A stretch of DNA of 30,979 nucleotides from Salinarchaeum sp. (GTDB lineage Archaea > Halobacteriota > Halobacteria > Halobacteriales > Salinarchaeaceae), in the NCBI GenBank assembly GCA_041639835.1, contig JBEQBL010000001.1:1-30979 (forward strand), given 5' to 3'. Below, piece by piece: positions 17,242-27,033 of the stretch (positions are counted from its first letter, which is position 1; each line of letters starts with the position of its first letter). The notes below the pieces were generated by a model. The model saw only the letters and a list, made by a program, of their open reading frames with translations. It did no database searches and was not told the DNA's origin. Position numbers and translations under genes: made by a program.

Positions 17242-18567
17242 TTAGTGTGGATCGGCCATTGCTTCGGCCACCAGTTCAATGATATCACGAACGTCCATAT
17301 CAGCATCCACAGTTTTCATGGCATCCTCAAATCGGGAGACCTCATACGGACAACAGACCGCAAGCGTATCTGCTGGTGTTTGTTTGGCTTCCCGGGCACG
17401 GTTGTCTGACATTCGTTCATCCTGATAGTCACCGGCAAAGCCATCAAGCCACATCCCCCCGCCACCGCCACCACAGCAATAACTATCCTGGCGGTTACGC
17501 GGCATTTCAACAAACTCAACGCCTGGAATTGCTGATAAAATTGTACGGGGAGCTTCATATTCGTCGTTGTGGCGACCAAGATAACATGGATCATGGAAGG
17601 TTACGGTGCGATCAAGCGACTGTCCCCATTCAATCTCATCGATTCGGTCGGCCAGTACTTGCGTATAATGTGATACCTCCTCATCCCAGCCATCAAGGAC
17701 CGTCTCGTACTCATGACTCAGGGCATTCAGCGCATGTGGCCCTGAAACCAGCAGTTGATCGTGCTCATACTGCGTGATTGCGGTAGCGTTTTCTTGGGCA
17801 ACCATCTCGAAGAGCCCGGCCTCTCCGGCAAGACGTTGGGAGTCACCATCGGTCTGTTCCTGATGTCCAAGAATGCCGTAGTCGATATCCAAAGCGGTGA
17901 GTACCTGCGCCATTGCTTTGGCAGCATCCTGGCCTCGGTCATGGTATGACCAGAAGTCCCCGACAATCCAGAGATATTCAACGGGGTCCGGGTCTGACTC
18001 ACGAGGAAGGATCGGAACATCGACATCGGCCTGACGCGTCCATTTGGCGCGTTTCTTGCTTGACTCTCCCATCGTATTGCCGTTCTGAAACACGTTTTCA
18101 AACATGTCCTGCAACTCATCGGGAATATCCCCGTCAGCAACCCGCTGTTCGCGCACCTTCGGAATAATATCGGTCATATCAACGCCTTTCGGACAGACCC
18201 GCACGCAGTTGCGACAGGTTGTACACAGCCATGCATCCGGACTATCCTCAAGATCGATGCCCAGTTCTGTCCGCCGGTATACCTTTCGGGGGCCATATGC
18301 CCCGCCGGCCTGATCAACCGGACAGACGCCTACGCATTGTGCACACTGATAGCACCGGCCAAGTGTTTCGCCGCCATCAAGATCCATCACCTCCTCAATT
18401 TTCCCTGGATTAAAACTCTCAATTACCCGTTCGCCGTACATCCGATTCCAGTGGCCGGAGACATCAAGACCCTCAACTTCAACCGTATCCTCTTGAGTAA
18501 CGTCGCCAGTACTACCGTACCGGCCTTCTACTTCGCGTCGTTTCTGTTGATCCTGTGAGTGTGACAT
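17242..18567 (-). CDS. shdrB3: sHdrB3-like HdrC2/HdrB2 fusion (2x[4Fe-4S] plus CCG domains)
   Basis: CYQCAQCVGVCP, CTTCRNCVRVCP, FHDPCYLGRHN, SYCCGGGGG, VCCPY. Position directly after shdrH. Confidence 0.78.
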   Translation of the reverse strand: MSHSQDQQKRREVEGRYGSTGDVTQEDTVEVEGLDVSGHWNRMYGERVIESFNPGKIEEVMDLDGGETLGRCYQCAQCVGVCPVDQAGGAYGPRKVYRRTELGIDLEDSPDAWLCTTCRNCVRVCPKGVDMTDIIPKVREQRVADGDIPDELQDMFENVFQNGNTMGESSKKRAKWTRQADVDVPILPRESDPDPVEYLWIVGDFWSYHDRGQDAAKAMAQVLTALDIDYGILGHQEQTDGDSQRLAGEAGLFEMVAQENATAITQYEHDQLLVSGPHALNALSHEYETVLDGWDEEVSHYTQVLADRIDEIEWGQSLDRTVTFHDPCYLGRHNDEYEAPRTILSAIPGVEFVEMPRNRQDSYCCGGGGGGMWLDGFAGDYQDERMSDNRAREAKQTPADTLAVCCPYEVSRFEDAMKTVDADMDVRDIIELVAEAMADPH

Positions 18568-19439
18568 TAGAATCCCTCCATTGGAAGCTGTTGTGGGTGC
18601 GTATCGGTCGTCTGCGTTGGAACCCCAAGGAGCCGACGCACGTACTCCTCATGATCCGGAATCGCATCCGTAAACTGCTTTGTCAGACGCATCGCTAACA
18701 CGAGATAAACATACGCCGCGTGGACGACCGCCATTGCCACTGTCGTCCCGTGGGGGCCGTCCAGAGCTGTCGTATCAAGGCCAAACTCGTCCTTTCGAGT
18801 AGCAACGCGGTCAACAGCATCACAAACGCTTGTATACATGGCCCCAGGTGTAGCGCCATCAAGATGGACATCATTCATCGTCATAAGGGGAACTACTCCT
18901 GTATACGTATCCGGGTGCCACATCCAGCGGGCCCATAGACTCCATTGTTGTGGGTCGACCTGATAGAGAAATTCAGCGGCCACGCTTCGGATAACCTGTG
19001 TGTCAGCACCTTCGACGCGCTCACAGAAGGTATTAAATCGCGTTTCAACCGATGCTGTCTCATTGAGTAGGTCGGCAGTAGCCTGCGCAAACGACTGGAG
19101 ACCGGTTGTCTGTAGAATCTCATCGACATGACGACGACTCGCAAAAACCTGTGTCAGCACCGTCTCAGCCTGTTCGCGTGTGAGATGAGGAGCCATTGTG
19201 AGTGTGTCCTGCATCGTCGATTGTTTGTCGGCCAGGGCCTCACGAATGGCTACAAGCGTGGCCGTGTCTAAATGGGTTTGCTCTCTGAGTTGTTCGATAA
19301 ATTCCCGGATAGTTTCGATATCAACAACATCCTCACCATCTGAGTGAAAACGCAATCCCTCCTTGCTCAGTGCTGCTGCCTTTTGAGCACTTGGCTGTCC
19401 GGCATCGACAATATCCGGCTCGCTGTTAACTGGATGCAT
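18567..19439 (-). CDS. shdrH: sHdrH ('Hyp') subunit of the sHdr complex
   Basis: Sits between shdrA and the C2/B2 gene. AEFLYQVDP..W.LWARWMW...TYTG segment resembles sHdrH as recalled. TAATG overlaps on both sides. Confidence 0.72.
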   Translation of the reverse strand: MHPVNSEPDIVDAGQPSAQKAAALSKEGLRFHSDGEDVVDIETIREFIEQLREQTHLDTATLVAIREALADKQSTMQDTLTMAPHLTREQAETVLTQVFASRRHVDEILQTTGLQSFAQATADLLNETASVETRFNTFCERVEGADTQVIRSVAAEFLYQVDPQQWSLWARWMWHPDTYTGVVPLMTMNDVHLDGATPGAMYTSVCDAVDRVATRKDEFGLDTTALDGPHGTTVAMAVVHAAYVYLVLAMRLTKQFTDAIPDHEEYVRRLLGVPTQTTDTHPQQLPMEGF

Positions 19440-20518
19440 TATTGTCCTCCGTCGGTTGCGGCTTTAGCCGGAATGGCTCGGACATCCGCAACAGCTTTCG
19501 CGGCTGCTGATCCGGCCATACTCACGGTTGTTTCAAGATCTTGCGGGCCGGCGGCTGCCCCAGCAACATACACTCCATCCCGCTCGGTCTCAACAGTTTC
19601 CAGGGGCATGCCGACGGTCTCAAGATAGCCATGCTCTTCAAGTGGGAGATCAAAGACCTCTGCCATCTGGAGTGTGCCAGTTGATGGCTCCATACCGGTT
19701 GAGAGTACCACAACATCCATGGGAATCTCATACGGACGTCCCATCGTTGTGTCCTCGCCTTTGACAAGGACTTGATCGCCCTGCTTGGTGATTTCGGAGG
19801 CAATACCGCGGACATATCGGACGTTGTGCTCCTCCTGTGCTTCCCAGTATAGTTCGTCCTCCCAGAACCCGTAGGTGCGGATGTCAATATAAAAGACCAT
19901 GATGGTTGCGTCGGGGTGCAGCTCCGCGATTTCTGTTGCCTCCTTTGAGGCAACCCCACAGCAGACCTTTGAACACCACTGATTGCCGATCTGTCGGTCC
20001 CGGGACCCCACGCATTGAATAAATCCGATCGTCTCTGGTGCTTCCCCGGTTGAGGGCCGGACAAACTGCCCATCACTGAGCATGTCCTCGGCATCAGGTA
20101 GTGTGATTACATCCTCAAACTGACTGTAATTGTACATTTGCGTCTCGTTTGTCGGGTCAAAATGGTCAAATCCGGTTGCAATGATCACCGACCCGGCGTC
20201 GACGGTTGTCTGCTCGTTCCCGCCATTTCTGGAGACTGTCAGCGTGAAATCACCAACACTGCCGGCTGCATCAACAACCTCGGCATCAGTGAGCAACTCG
20301 ATATGGTCGTGAGTGCGGAATTTCTCTAAGATCGGCTCCATCAACGCTTCTGTCTCCTTTCGCTCCGGTGTCAATGCAGCATAGTTGGCTTCATACGGTG
20401 TCCCACCGATTTCGGGTCGTTTTTCGATAACGATCGTTTCACTGCCGAGATCGGCGGCGCTGATTGCCGCCTTGAGTCCGGCAGGACCGGCTCCAATGAT
20501 TGCAATTGTGTCGTTCAT
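19439..20518 (-). CDS. shdrA: sHdrA, short FAD/[4Fe-4S] HdrA-like subunit
   Basis: GAGPAG Rossmann motif, IIATGF, QCVGSRD...WCSKVCC, DIRTYG. Only 359 aa, lacking the ferredoxin insert of methanogen HdrA. Confidence 0.9.
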   Translation of the reverse strand: MNDTIAIIGAGPAGLKAAISAADLGSETIVIEKRPEIGGTPYEANYAALTPERKETEALMEPILEKFRTHDHIELLTDAEVVDAAGSVGDFTLTVSRNGGNEQTTVDAGSVIIATGFDHFDPTNETQMYNYSQFEDVITLPDAEDMLSDGQFVRPSTGEAPETIGFIQCVGSRDRQIGNQWCSKVCCGVASKEATEIAELHPDATIMVFYIDIRTYGFWEDELYWEAQEEHNVRYVRGIASEITKQGDQVLVKGEDTTMGRPYEIPMDVVVLSTGMEPSTGTLQMAEVFDLPLEEHGYLETVGMPLETVETERDGVYVAGAAAGPQDLETTVSMAGSAAAKAVADVRAIPAKAATDGGQ

Positions 20519-20569
20519 AGTTTTGTGGATATCCTGATTGGATGGGTGGTTACTGTGCGATACATCGAG

Positions 20570-21733
20570 TTAGACATCATCCCATGTGATGTACTCCTTG
20601 TCACCATTCTCAATGGCATCAACGTCAGCTTCGAATTCAGCCCAGGCTTGTTCGTGATCGATCCCCATTTTCTCAAGCAGGGGTTCATAATCGGTCTTAT
20701 GCCAGTGTAACTGACAGACCTTGTACGGATGAGCCCCCATCGCCAGTGCCGCAAACTGCGCCTCGGACATTACCGGAATTCCCACGTCACGGTCATGAAC
20801 TTCGCCAGTTACCCACTGACTTGAATCAAGCGTCGTGACACAACCGGTATCATGAGTGATTGTCACATCCGGGTCAGCCTCATCTTTCATGCGCTCGATC
20901 TTTCGCTGGGTGGCGAATGACCGCGAGAAGTCACGTTCGACGAGGATATGCCGAAAGCCAAACCCACAGCAGTCATACCACGTTGAGTAATCAGCCACGT
21001 CGACACCGATTTCCTCAAGCAGTGCCGTGACGGTGGCCATCCGTTCGCCCCCATAAATCTCCGGATCATAAATGGCATCATCCTCGATAATTTTATGATA
21101 GTGACAGGCCGGATGGACGGTTGCTCTGATATCCGTCAGATCATATTCCAGATTGGCCGCAATCTCCTCACGAACAGCATGAGTCCATTCACTGTAATGG
21201 ACAATCTCCTCGGGGATGACAAGTTCATGCCCGAGTCGATCAAGGACCTCTCGGGCCTCCTCACGGACGGAGTCATGGCTCACAACCTGCTCGCGCACCT
21301 CCTTGTAGTGGCCAAAACTGGTGCCACAGTGAATCAGTGGATAATATCCGTCCTTTTTTGCTTGCCCGAAGTTCCGAAGGGCAACCCCAGCCTGGGCGGC
21401 TTCATTCGAAGTCGCACTGGCATAGAAGTTCCAGCCAGTACAGGAGGTCTGATCCTTGGGATCATAATAGTCATATCCAAGCTTGCGGTGCAACCAGAAA
21501 ATCGAGGTTGAGTAGCCGGGAATATGCCCACACTGTCCACAGGACTTGTGATGCCATGTACCCTCAAGTGGAATCTTCTTTGTTCGCCCGTCTTTGCGGG
21601 TCACTTCGCGGTACGGCTCTGGCACTTCAAGCATCTCAACTTCACCGGCAGCGTCTAACTCCCGAAGTTTTTCGCGTACATCGTGTTTGTGCTCTCCACG
21701 ATGCGATACCGTTGGTGGTGATGACTCTGACAT
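20570..21733 (-). CDS. shdrB1: sHdrB1, CCG-domain subunit
   Basis: WHHKSCGQCGHIPGY, DQTSCTGW, HCGTSFG, HPACHY, WYDCCGFGFRH, HDTGC. Confidence 0.9.
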   Translation of the reverse strand: MSESSPPTVSHRGEHKHDVREKLRELDAAGEVEMLEVPEPYREVTRKDGRTKKIPLEGTWHHKSCGQCGHIPGYSTSIFWLHRKLGYDYYDPKDQTSCTGWNFYASATSNEAAQAGVALRNFGQAKKDGYYPLIHCGTSFGHYKEVREQVVSHDSVREEAREVLDRLGHELVIPEEIVHYSEWTHAVREEIAANLEYDLTDIRATVHPACHYHKIIEDDAIYDPEIYGGERMATVTALLEEIGVDVADYSTWYDCCGFGFRHILVERDFSRSFATQRKIERMKDEADPDVTITHDTGCVTTLDSSQWVTGEVHDRDVGIPVMSEAQFAALAMGAHPYKVCQLHWHKTDYEPLLEKMGIDHEQAWAEFEADVDAIENGDKEYITWDDV

Positions 21734-21735
21734 AC

Positions 21736-22518
21736 TTAGTCACCTGCCTCAAATTCCGCTAATCGATCGTCGATCATGTCTGCAAGGATCATATGAATGC
21801 CCGGATCAATATCCTCGATTAGCTCCAAGACATCGGTTTCCTCCCAGATGACAAACAATTCTGTGACGGTGCGATCCGAGACATCCCATGCACGACCGGT
21901 GGTGTGTAATGTTTCCGGTGGGATTGCTCGGCGCCATTCCTCCATATTTTCAGCCTCCTTCCGGGCCTCCGGTCCCCAGTCCGGAAACGCATCCGGGGTG
22001 ATCATATCGGGAGATACCTGTGTCCCGGTCGACATGATCTTATAAATCACCCGTTCATACCCCTCAAGGGCATCCTGTGCACTATCAAGGCTTGCGTCAA
22101 CGGCCTTCTCACGCATGATCATAATCAATCCGCCAGGGGAGTTTTGCCGAGGGCAGCGCGTACAGGAATAACATTGCGAGCAGTTCCAGATGTCCTCATT
22201 GAGCTGTTCGAAAAAGAGGTCAACGTCCTCCCGGTAGATCGACTGGGCGATGCGGCGTGGGCTGAAGTCATAAAACCGCGCTGAGGGACAAGCCGATACA
22301 CAGACGCCACACCCATAGCAGGCGAAAATGGCCTCGTCGTGCCGGATATCCTCAGTCACCTCCTCGAATAACGCCTCCTTGTCTTCATGATCCCAGTCGT
22401 CGTAGGCCGTCTCATACATCGAGCCATGGGCCTTCCGCTGCTCCATCGCTTCCGGAGTGCGTGTGACCTCCGTCACTTGTTGTCGGTCCGCTGTCGGTAG
22501 TTCTTGTGCGTCTGACAT
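21736..22518 (-). CDS. shdrC1: sHdrC1, 2x[4Fe-4S] subunit
   Basis: CYGCGVCVSACP and CSQCYSCTRCP, FPDWGP. First gene of the operon, start trimmed to ATG 22518. Confidence 0.88.
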   Translation of the reverse strand: MSDAQELPTADRQQVTEVTRTPEAMEQRKAHGSMYETAYDDWDHEDKEALFEEVTEDIRHDEAIFACYGCGVCVSACPSARFYDFSPRRIAQSIYREDVDLFFEQLNEDIWNCSQCYSCTRCPRQNSPGGLIMIMREKAVDASLDSAQDALEGYERVIYKIMSTGTQVSPDMITPDAFPDWGPEARKEAENMEEWRRAIPPETLHTTGRAWDVSDRTVTELFVIWEETDVLELIEDIDPGIHMILADMIDDRLAEFEAGD

Positions 22519-22726
22519 TGCTACAGTCCGCGGAAATCGGTTTGCAAACGATGCACCAGGCTGTCGTGATTGTTGCCTGTCATATGGTCTATTCAACGAT
22601 GCGTATAAAGCTTCGCCTGGCGGAATACAAGCGTTTCATACTGTTTGGCCGCCTATTTATATTCGGTGTCCGGTTGACCGGTTACCCAAGTTATTTTACT
22701 TGTTACTAACAGAAACGCAACCTACA

Positions 22727-24877
22727 ATGCCTATCCCCAGTCGTATCGACGCGATTGTTCTTGAGACGGTAACGCGTGATGTCTTTGCCGAGTTGACTCC
22801 TCTGATGGAGGGTATTTTCTATCTCGCTGCCGCTGGCTCTATTCTTGCCTTTCTTATCGGTGTGCGACGACGAATTCAGCGATACCGCCGTGGGCAGGGA
22901 GATCCGGACCGGCTAACAGCCCTCCCATCACGGATCATCGCCGGCACACAATCCGTTCTCTCAGGACGTACCATCTTTAACAATAATCCCTACGCGGGTG
23001 TTATGCATATGCTGGTGCTTTGGGGGTTTTTAGCGCTGTTTGTTGCGACAACAATCCTGCTTATTGAGGTTGATATTCTGATGCCCGCGAGTGGTCCGAT
23101 CAAATATCTCTTCGAGGCGGTTGGGCTGACGGAACTGACCGCGGCCGAAGGCACGCGGGTGTTCTGGGAGGGATCATTCTACCTGCTCTATCAGCTTGCC
23201 GTGGATGTTTTTGGACTTTTGTTCGTCCTTGGTGTTGGCCTGGCATTGTTTCGACGCGTTGCTCTTGATGTGCCCCGTCTTGACCTCTCGCGGGTCGACG
23301 ATGTTGACGATGATCGCCGTCGCTGGCGGCTTGATGACTGGGCCTTTCTTGGCTTTCTACTGGCAATCGGTATCACTGGTTTCCTGATTGAGGGCATCCG
23401 GCTTGCGGTTGACCAGCCGGCATGGGCATGGCCATGGAATCCTGTTGGGGCACCCCTCGCAACAGCTCTTGAGACTGTATACTGGGGCTCACTTGCTGAG
23501 ACATATGCGACAGTCTGGTGGATCCATGCACTGATCGCGCTTGGCTTTGTGGCGTATCTCCCGTATTCAAAGGCCGTCCATATGCTCACAGGTGGTGTCA
23601 GTTTAGCCTTACATGATTCCGCTGCCGGCCGCCGACTCCCAACAGTCCCAGACGACACCGCGCCGGAGGCTCAGGGGTACACCGATGTTGAGGATTTCTC
23701 CTGGAAGCATTTGCTTGAGGCCGATGCCTGCACGAAATGTGGACGCTGTCATTCGGTGTGTCCCGCCCGTAATGCCGGCACAGACCTGTCACCTCGGGAT
23801 CTCATCCTTGACATGCGCAAGGAATTGGCGACTGATGGGGGCACAGTGACCAATGAGACAGTCAGTAGCGATCGACTATGGGCGTGTACGACCTGTCGAT
23901 CTTGTATCGAGGTGTGCCCGGTCGGGATCGAACATGTACCGCAGATTGTGCAGATGCGTCGCTCACTTATTGAGGATGGTGAGTTAGACAGCAATCTCCA
24001 AGGGACGTTAATGGATCTCATGCAGCGGGAGAACTCCTTCGGTGAATCAGGGAAGAAGCGTGCGATGTGGTCTCGCGAACTTGATTTCAAGCCGCCGGAT
24101 GCCCGCCGCGAGTCCGTCGAGTATCTGTGGTTTGTCGGCGACTATGCGTCCTATCATGATACTGGCAAGCCCCGTGCCCGGACTCTTGCTCGGCTGTTTG
24201 AGGCTGCTGATCTTGACTGGGGGATTCTGTATGAGGATGAGGTCAATGCGGGCAATGATGTACGACGCGTTGGTGAGGAAGGCCTCTTTGAGATGCTTGC
24301 TGAGAAAAATGTTGAGACGCTTGATCAGTGTGACTACGAACAGATTGTCACAACGGATCCACATGTATTGAATACCCTTCGGAACGAGTACCCGGATCTT
24401 GATTTTGAAGCTGATGTTATTCATTATACAACACTTCTGCGGGAGTTACTTGCGGAGGGGACCATTGAGCTTGCTGGTGAACTCGACGGCACTGTCACCT
24501 ACCATGATCCGTGTTATCTTGGTCGGTACAACCGTGTCTTTGAGGCGCCGCGTGAGCTTATCACCGCAACAGGTGTCGACCTCCAGGAGATGGACCGGAA
24601 CAAGGCTGACTCCTTCTGCTGTGGGGCCGGTGGCGGACGGATCTATATGGATACCTCCGATGTTGAGACCCGACCCAGTGTCATGCGTATTGACGAAGCG
24701 CTTGAGATCGATGATCTTGATTACTTTGTCGTCGCCTGCCCGAAGGATATGGCAATGTATACGGATGCTGTCAAGTCCTTCGACGAGGAACTTGCGGTTG
24801 TTGACATCCTTGACCTACTGGCGGCCGATATGACAACTCCAGATCTGGATGACAACGGAGTGATCCCTCGCTCCTGA
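22727..24877 (+). CDS. Membrane Fe-S/CCG oxidoreductase (EMO/HdrF/FadF-like; probable ETF:menaquinone oxidoreductase)
   Basis: NarI/HdrE-like TM region with His residues (MHMLV, WWIHAL, KAVHML), CTKCGRCHSVCP, CTTCRSCIEVCP, YHDPCYLGR, CCGAGGG. Start trimmed to ATG 22727. Confidence 0.85.
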   Translation: MPIPSRIDAIVLETVTRDVFAELTPLMEGIFYLAAAGSILAFLIGVRRRIQRYRRGQGDPDRLTALPSRIIAGTQSVLSGRTIFNNNPYAGVMHMLVLWGFLALFVATTILLIEVDILMPASGPIKYLFEAVGLTELTAAEGTRVFWEGSFYLLYQLAVDVFGLLFVLGVGLALFRRVALDVPRLDLSRVDDVDDDRRRWRLDDWAFLGFLLAIGITGFLIEGIRLAVDQPAWAWPWNPVGAPLATALETVYWGSLAETYATVWWIHALIALGFVAYLPYSKAVHMLTGGVSLALHDSAAGRRLPTVPDDTAPEAQGYTDVEDFSWKHLLEADACTKCGRCHSVCPARNAGTDLSPRDLILDMRKELATDGGTVTNETVSSDRLWACTTCRSCIEVCPVGIEHVPQIVQMRRSLIEDGELDSNLQGTLMDLMQRENSFGESGKKRAMWSRELDFKPPDARRESVEYLWFVGDYASYHDTGKPRARTLARLFEAADLDWGILYEDEVNAGNDVRRVGEEGLFEMLAEKNVETLDQCDYEQIVTTDPHVLNTLRNEYPDLDFEADVIHYTTLLRELLAEGTIELAGELDGTVTYHDPCYLGRYNRVFEAPRELITATGVDLQEMDRNKADSFCCGAGGGRIYMDTSDVETRPSVMRIDEALEIDDLDYFVVACPKDMAMYTDAVKSFDEELAVVDILDLLAADMTTPDLDDNGVIPRS

Positions 24878-24957
24878 TCTTGTCTTCGGGATCTCAGTTC
24901 GACATCCCCTGATTGTGAGGGAGAGTGCTTAGTCCCGTAGCGCCGGTATCACACAAT

Positions 24958-26028
24958 ATGCCAGCCGCACAGTTTATCGACTTTGGCCACACAGATCCGG
25001 CGACAAGCCAGGCGGTGTACCACGGACTTGCTGCGACGCTTGCCCCACCGGCCAACCCCATTGTCGATGTCGTAACGCCGACCGACCAGTATGTGTGCAT
25101 TGGAGCTCATCAAGACTTTGCCAAAGCCGTTGACCGGGAGGCAATCGATCGTCATGACCTACCGGTGTACCGTCGCCATGTCGGTGGGGGAACAGTCTTG
25201 CTGGATGCGGATCAACTGTTCTGGCATTTTATTCTTCCGGCATCGAAGTGCCCGGCCCCTAACACGTTGTTCCAACGCTATCTCCAGCCGGTCATTGACA
25301 CGTTTCAGGCCCTTGGAATCGACGCACAATACGATCCGGTTAATGATATCGTCGTTGGCGATCAAAAAATCGCCGGGACTGGGGCTGGTCGTATTGACGA
25401 TGCGATTATGATTGTTGGCTCATTCATGTTTGATTTCGATATTGAGACGATGGTCTCGGTGACTCCAACACCATCACCTGAGTTCGAACAAGCCTTTCGT
25501 CAGGGACTTCGGACGAATATGACGACAATTAGTGAGCAGTTGACTTCTGTCCCGGACCGTACAACTATCTTGCAGCAGTTTCAGGAGACGCTTGCCGACC
25601 AACTTGACTGGACTCTGACTCCAACCACCCCAACAGATGAACAGCAGTCGGCCATTGATACGTATCGTGACACATTAGCTGATCCTGACTGGCTTGCACG
25701 AACTGGCTTGGCCTCGGGACGGAGTCGTCGCAAACTCAAAGCGAAGACCCATCTCGCTGAGGGTCAATGTGAGACCCCCGGTGGAATAGTCAATGCAACG
25801 GTGCTCACAGCCGAGGAAGTCATTGATGATCTACTTCTCACAGGTGATTTGCAGGTGTTCCCCAAGTCAGGGCTTGCACAGCTTGCGACTGATCTCATTG
25901 GCTGTCCGGTTGTCCGTGAGCAGTTGGAAGCAATGATCGACGAGAGTCTTCAGCGTCATGAGATTGTCTGCCCGGGAGTCGAACCAGCAGATATCGCAAC
26001 GGCCATTCTTCGGGCTACCGCCGCGTAA
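24958..26028 (+). CDS. lplA: Lipoate-protein ligase with fused C-terminal domain (sLpl(AB)-like)
   Basis: VCIGAHQ, RRHVGGGTVLLD, PVNDI....KIAGTG, and a C-terminal LplB-like region (PGGIV...LTGD). Confidence 0.85.
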   Translation: MPAAQFIDFGHTDPATSQAVYHGLAATLAPPANPIVDVVTPTDQYVCIGAHQDFAKAVDREAIDRHDLPVYRRHVGGGTVLLDADQLFWHFILPASKCPAPNTLFQRYLQPVIDTFQALGIDAQYDPVNDIVVGDQKIAGTGAGRIDDAIMIVGSFMFDFDIETMVSVTPTPSPEFEQAFRQGLRTNMTTISEQLTSVPDRTTILQQFQETLADQLDWTLTPTTPTDEQQSAIDTYRDTLADPDWLARTGLASGRSRRKLKAKTHLAEGQCETPGGIVNATVLTAEEVIDDLLLTGDLQVFPKSGLAQLATDLIGCPVVREQLEAMIDESLQRHEIVCPGVEPADIATAILRATAA

Positions 26029-26052
26029 GTACACCCGGTTTAGGCGATCACA

Positions 26053-26604
26053 TTAATCGAGCCATGAGCCGTTCTGGGCATCGAGGTCGGTGTCAAACAC
26101 AATATTGAACGTATGATAACCACGCATAAGTGACACGAAATGAACAAGTTGGACGAGTGCTTGTTCATTAAGGCCATGCTCGCGGAGATGATGAATATCT
26201 GTCCTGGTAACCGCGTGTGGCGCCGTATTAACCGTGACCGCAAAGTCAATAATTGCCTGCCGTCGGGCGGTAAACTCATACTGGCGCCAGTCCTCGCGAA
26301 TCTGTGCGACCCCCTCAGTGGAGATTGTATGCTCTGCGAGTAACGCCGCATGATAGTGCTGACAGTACTCACACTCAATTTCAACAGCCAGCACAAGCGC
26401 GATAATCTCAAGCGTCTCAGGAGCGAGTTGACCGGCAAGCAGAATCCGGCGGTTAAGATCAAGGAGACTCCGTAGTAGTAACGGAAAGTGGGCCTCTAAG
26501 CGGTGCTGGTTTGGGACAAGTCCATGAATATCCGCAATCTGCTCGAATAAGTCCTCTACATCCGAGTCAATTGCCGATTCCGGGGGCGGATCAATTCGAC
26601 TCAT
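26053..26604 (-). CDS. AhpD/carboxymuconolactone decarboxylase family peroxidase-related protein
   Basis: CEYCQHYH (CxxCxxxH), G.L...T.E.IAL, and the LREHGL...LV.LV pattern. Confidence 0.82.
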   Translation of the reverse strand: MSRIDPPPESAIDSDVEDLFEQIADIHGLVPNQHRLEAHFPLLLRSLLDLNRRILLAGQLAPETLEIIALVLAVEIECEYCQHYHAALLAEHTISTEGVAQIREDWRQYEFTARRQAIIDFAVTVNTAPHAVTRTDIHHLREHGLNEQALVQLVHFVSLMRGYHTFNIVFDTDLDAQNGSWLD

Positions 26605-26667
26605 TGGCTAAGCCACCTCCGTGTAACCATCGTAGCGCACTAAGCAGCATCGCTTTTTATCGTCGTT

Positions 26668-27033
26668 TCAGACACGCGATTCAGGTGCGTCGGGGACCTC
26701 CTCCGTGATCGCCTCGCTGACACGTCCAGTGAGATCCTCAACAACGCCCAGATACCCCTCCGTTAGGACCGTTGCTTGGATACCATCTCCGTCTAGTGAT
26801 CTGGATAGTAGCCCCACTTGCACAAGGTCATTGACACGCTCGCTTAGCGTTGCCTTTGTTAGCCCGATGTCGGCCGCCAGGTCATCAATTGTCAGTGGTC
26901 CATCAGCATGCACAGTTTGGAGCAGCCAGTAATTAATCGGGTCCGCCCCCCGACGAATGACACGTAGGGTAAACTCTCGAACCGCCTCCTCACGCACGGT
27001 CTCGTCTTCAACAAGTTTGGCAGTCCACGTCAT
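26668..27033 (-). CDS. Winged-HTH protein (MarR/ArsR-like; possibly sHdrI-like)
   Basis: GPLTIDDLAADIGLTKATLSERVNDLVQVGLL helix-turn-helix. Start at ATG 27033 overlaps the upstream ORF stop. Confidence 0.75.
   Translation of the reverse strand: MTWTAKLVEDETVREEAVREFTLRVIRRGADPINYWLLQTVHADGPLTIDDLAADIGLTKATLSERVNDLVQVGLLSRSLDGDGIQATVLTEGYLGVVEDLTGRVSEAITEEVPDAPESRV

Noticed and set aside
19439-19460. C-terminal ATDGGQ of sHdrA as a conserved peptide tag (similar TDGG/SDGG in EMO and the B-C linker)
   Set aside because: In sHdrA the GG codons are the GGAGG Shine-Dalgarno of the overlapping shdrH start. The internal copies lie in low-complexity linkers and give no evidence of function.
20515-20754. 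79-aa minus-strand ORF bridging shdrB1 and shdrA
   Set aside because: Mostly overlaps the 3' end of shdrB1 in another frame and has no recognisable motif.
19439-22518. Methanogen-type HdrABC or a Dsr pathway
   Set aside because: HdrA is short with no ferredoxin insert, HdrB has the sHdrB1 signature, an sHdrH gene is present, and there are no mvh, dsrAB or dsrC genes in the window.
22540-22549. GTTTGCAAAC palindrome upstream of shdrC1
   Set aside because: A single 10-bp copy with no second occurrence found, so it is within chance expectation.
22457-22726. Long N-terminal extensions of EMO (from 22457) and sHdrC1 (from 22596) in the ORF track
   Set aside because: They overlap each other, are non-acidic, and cover the TATA-like elements of the divergent promoter. 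ATG 22727 and ATG 22518 are more plausible starts.
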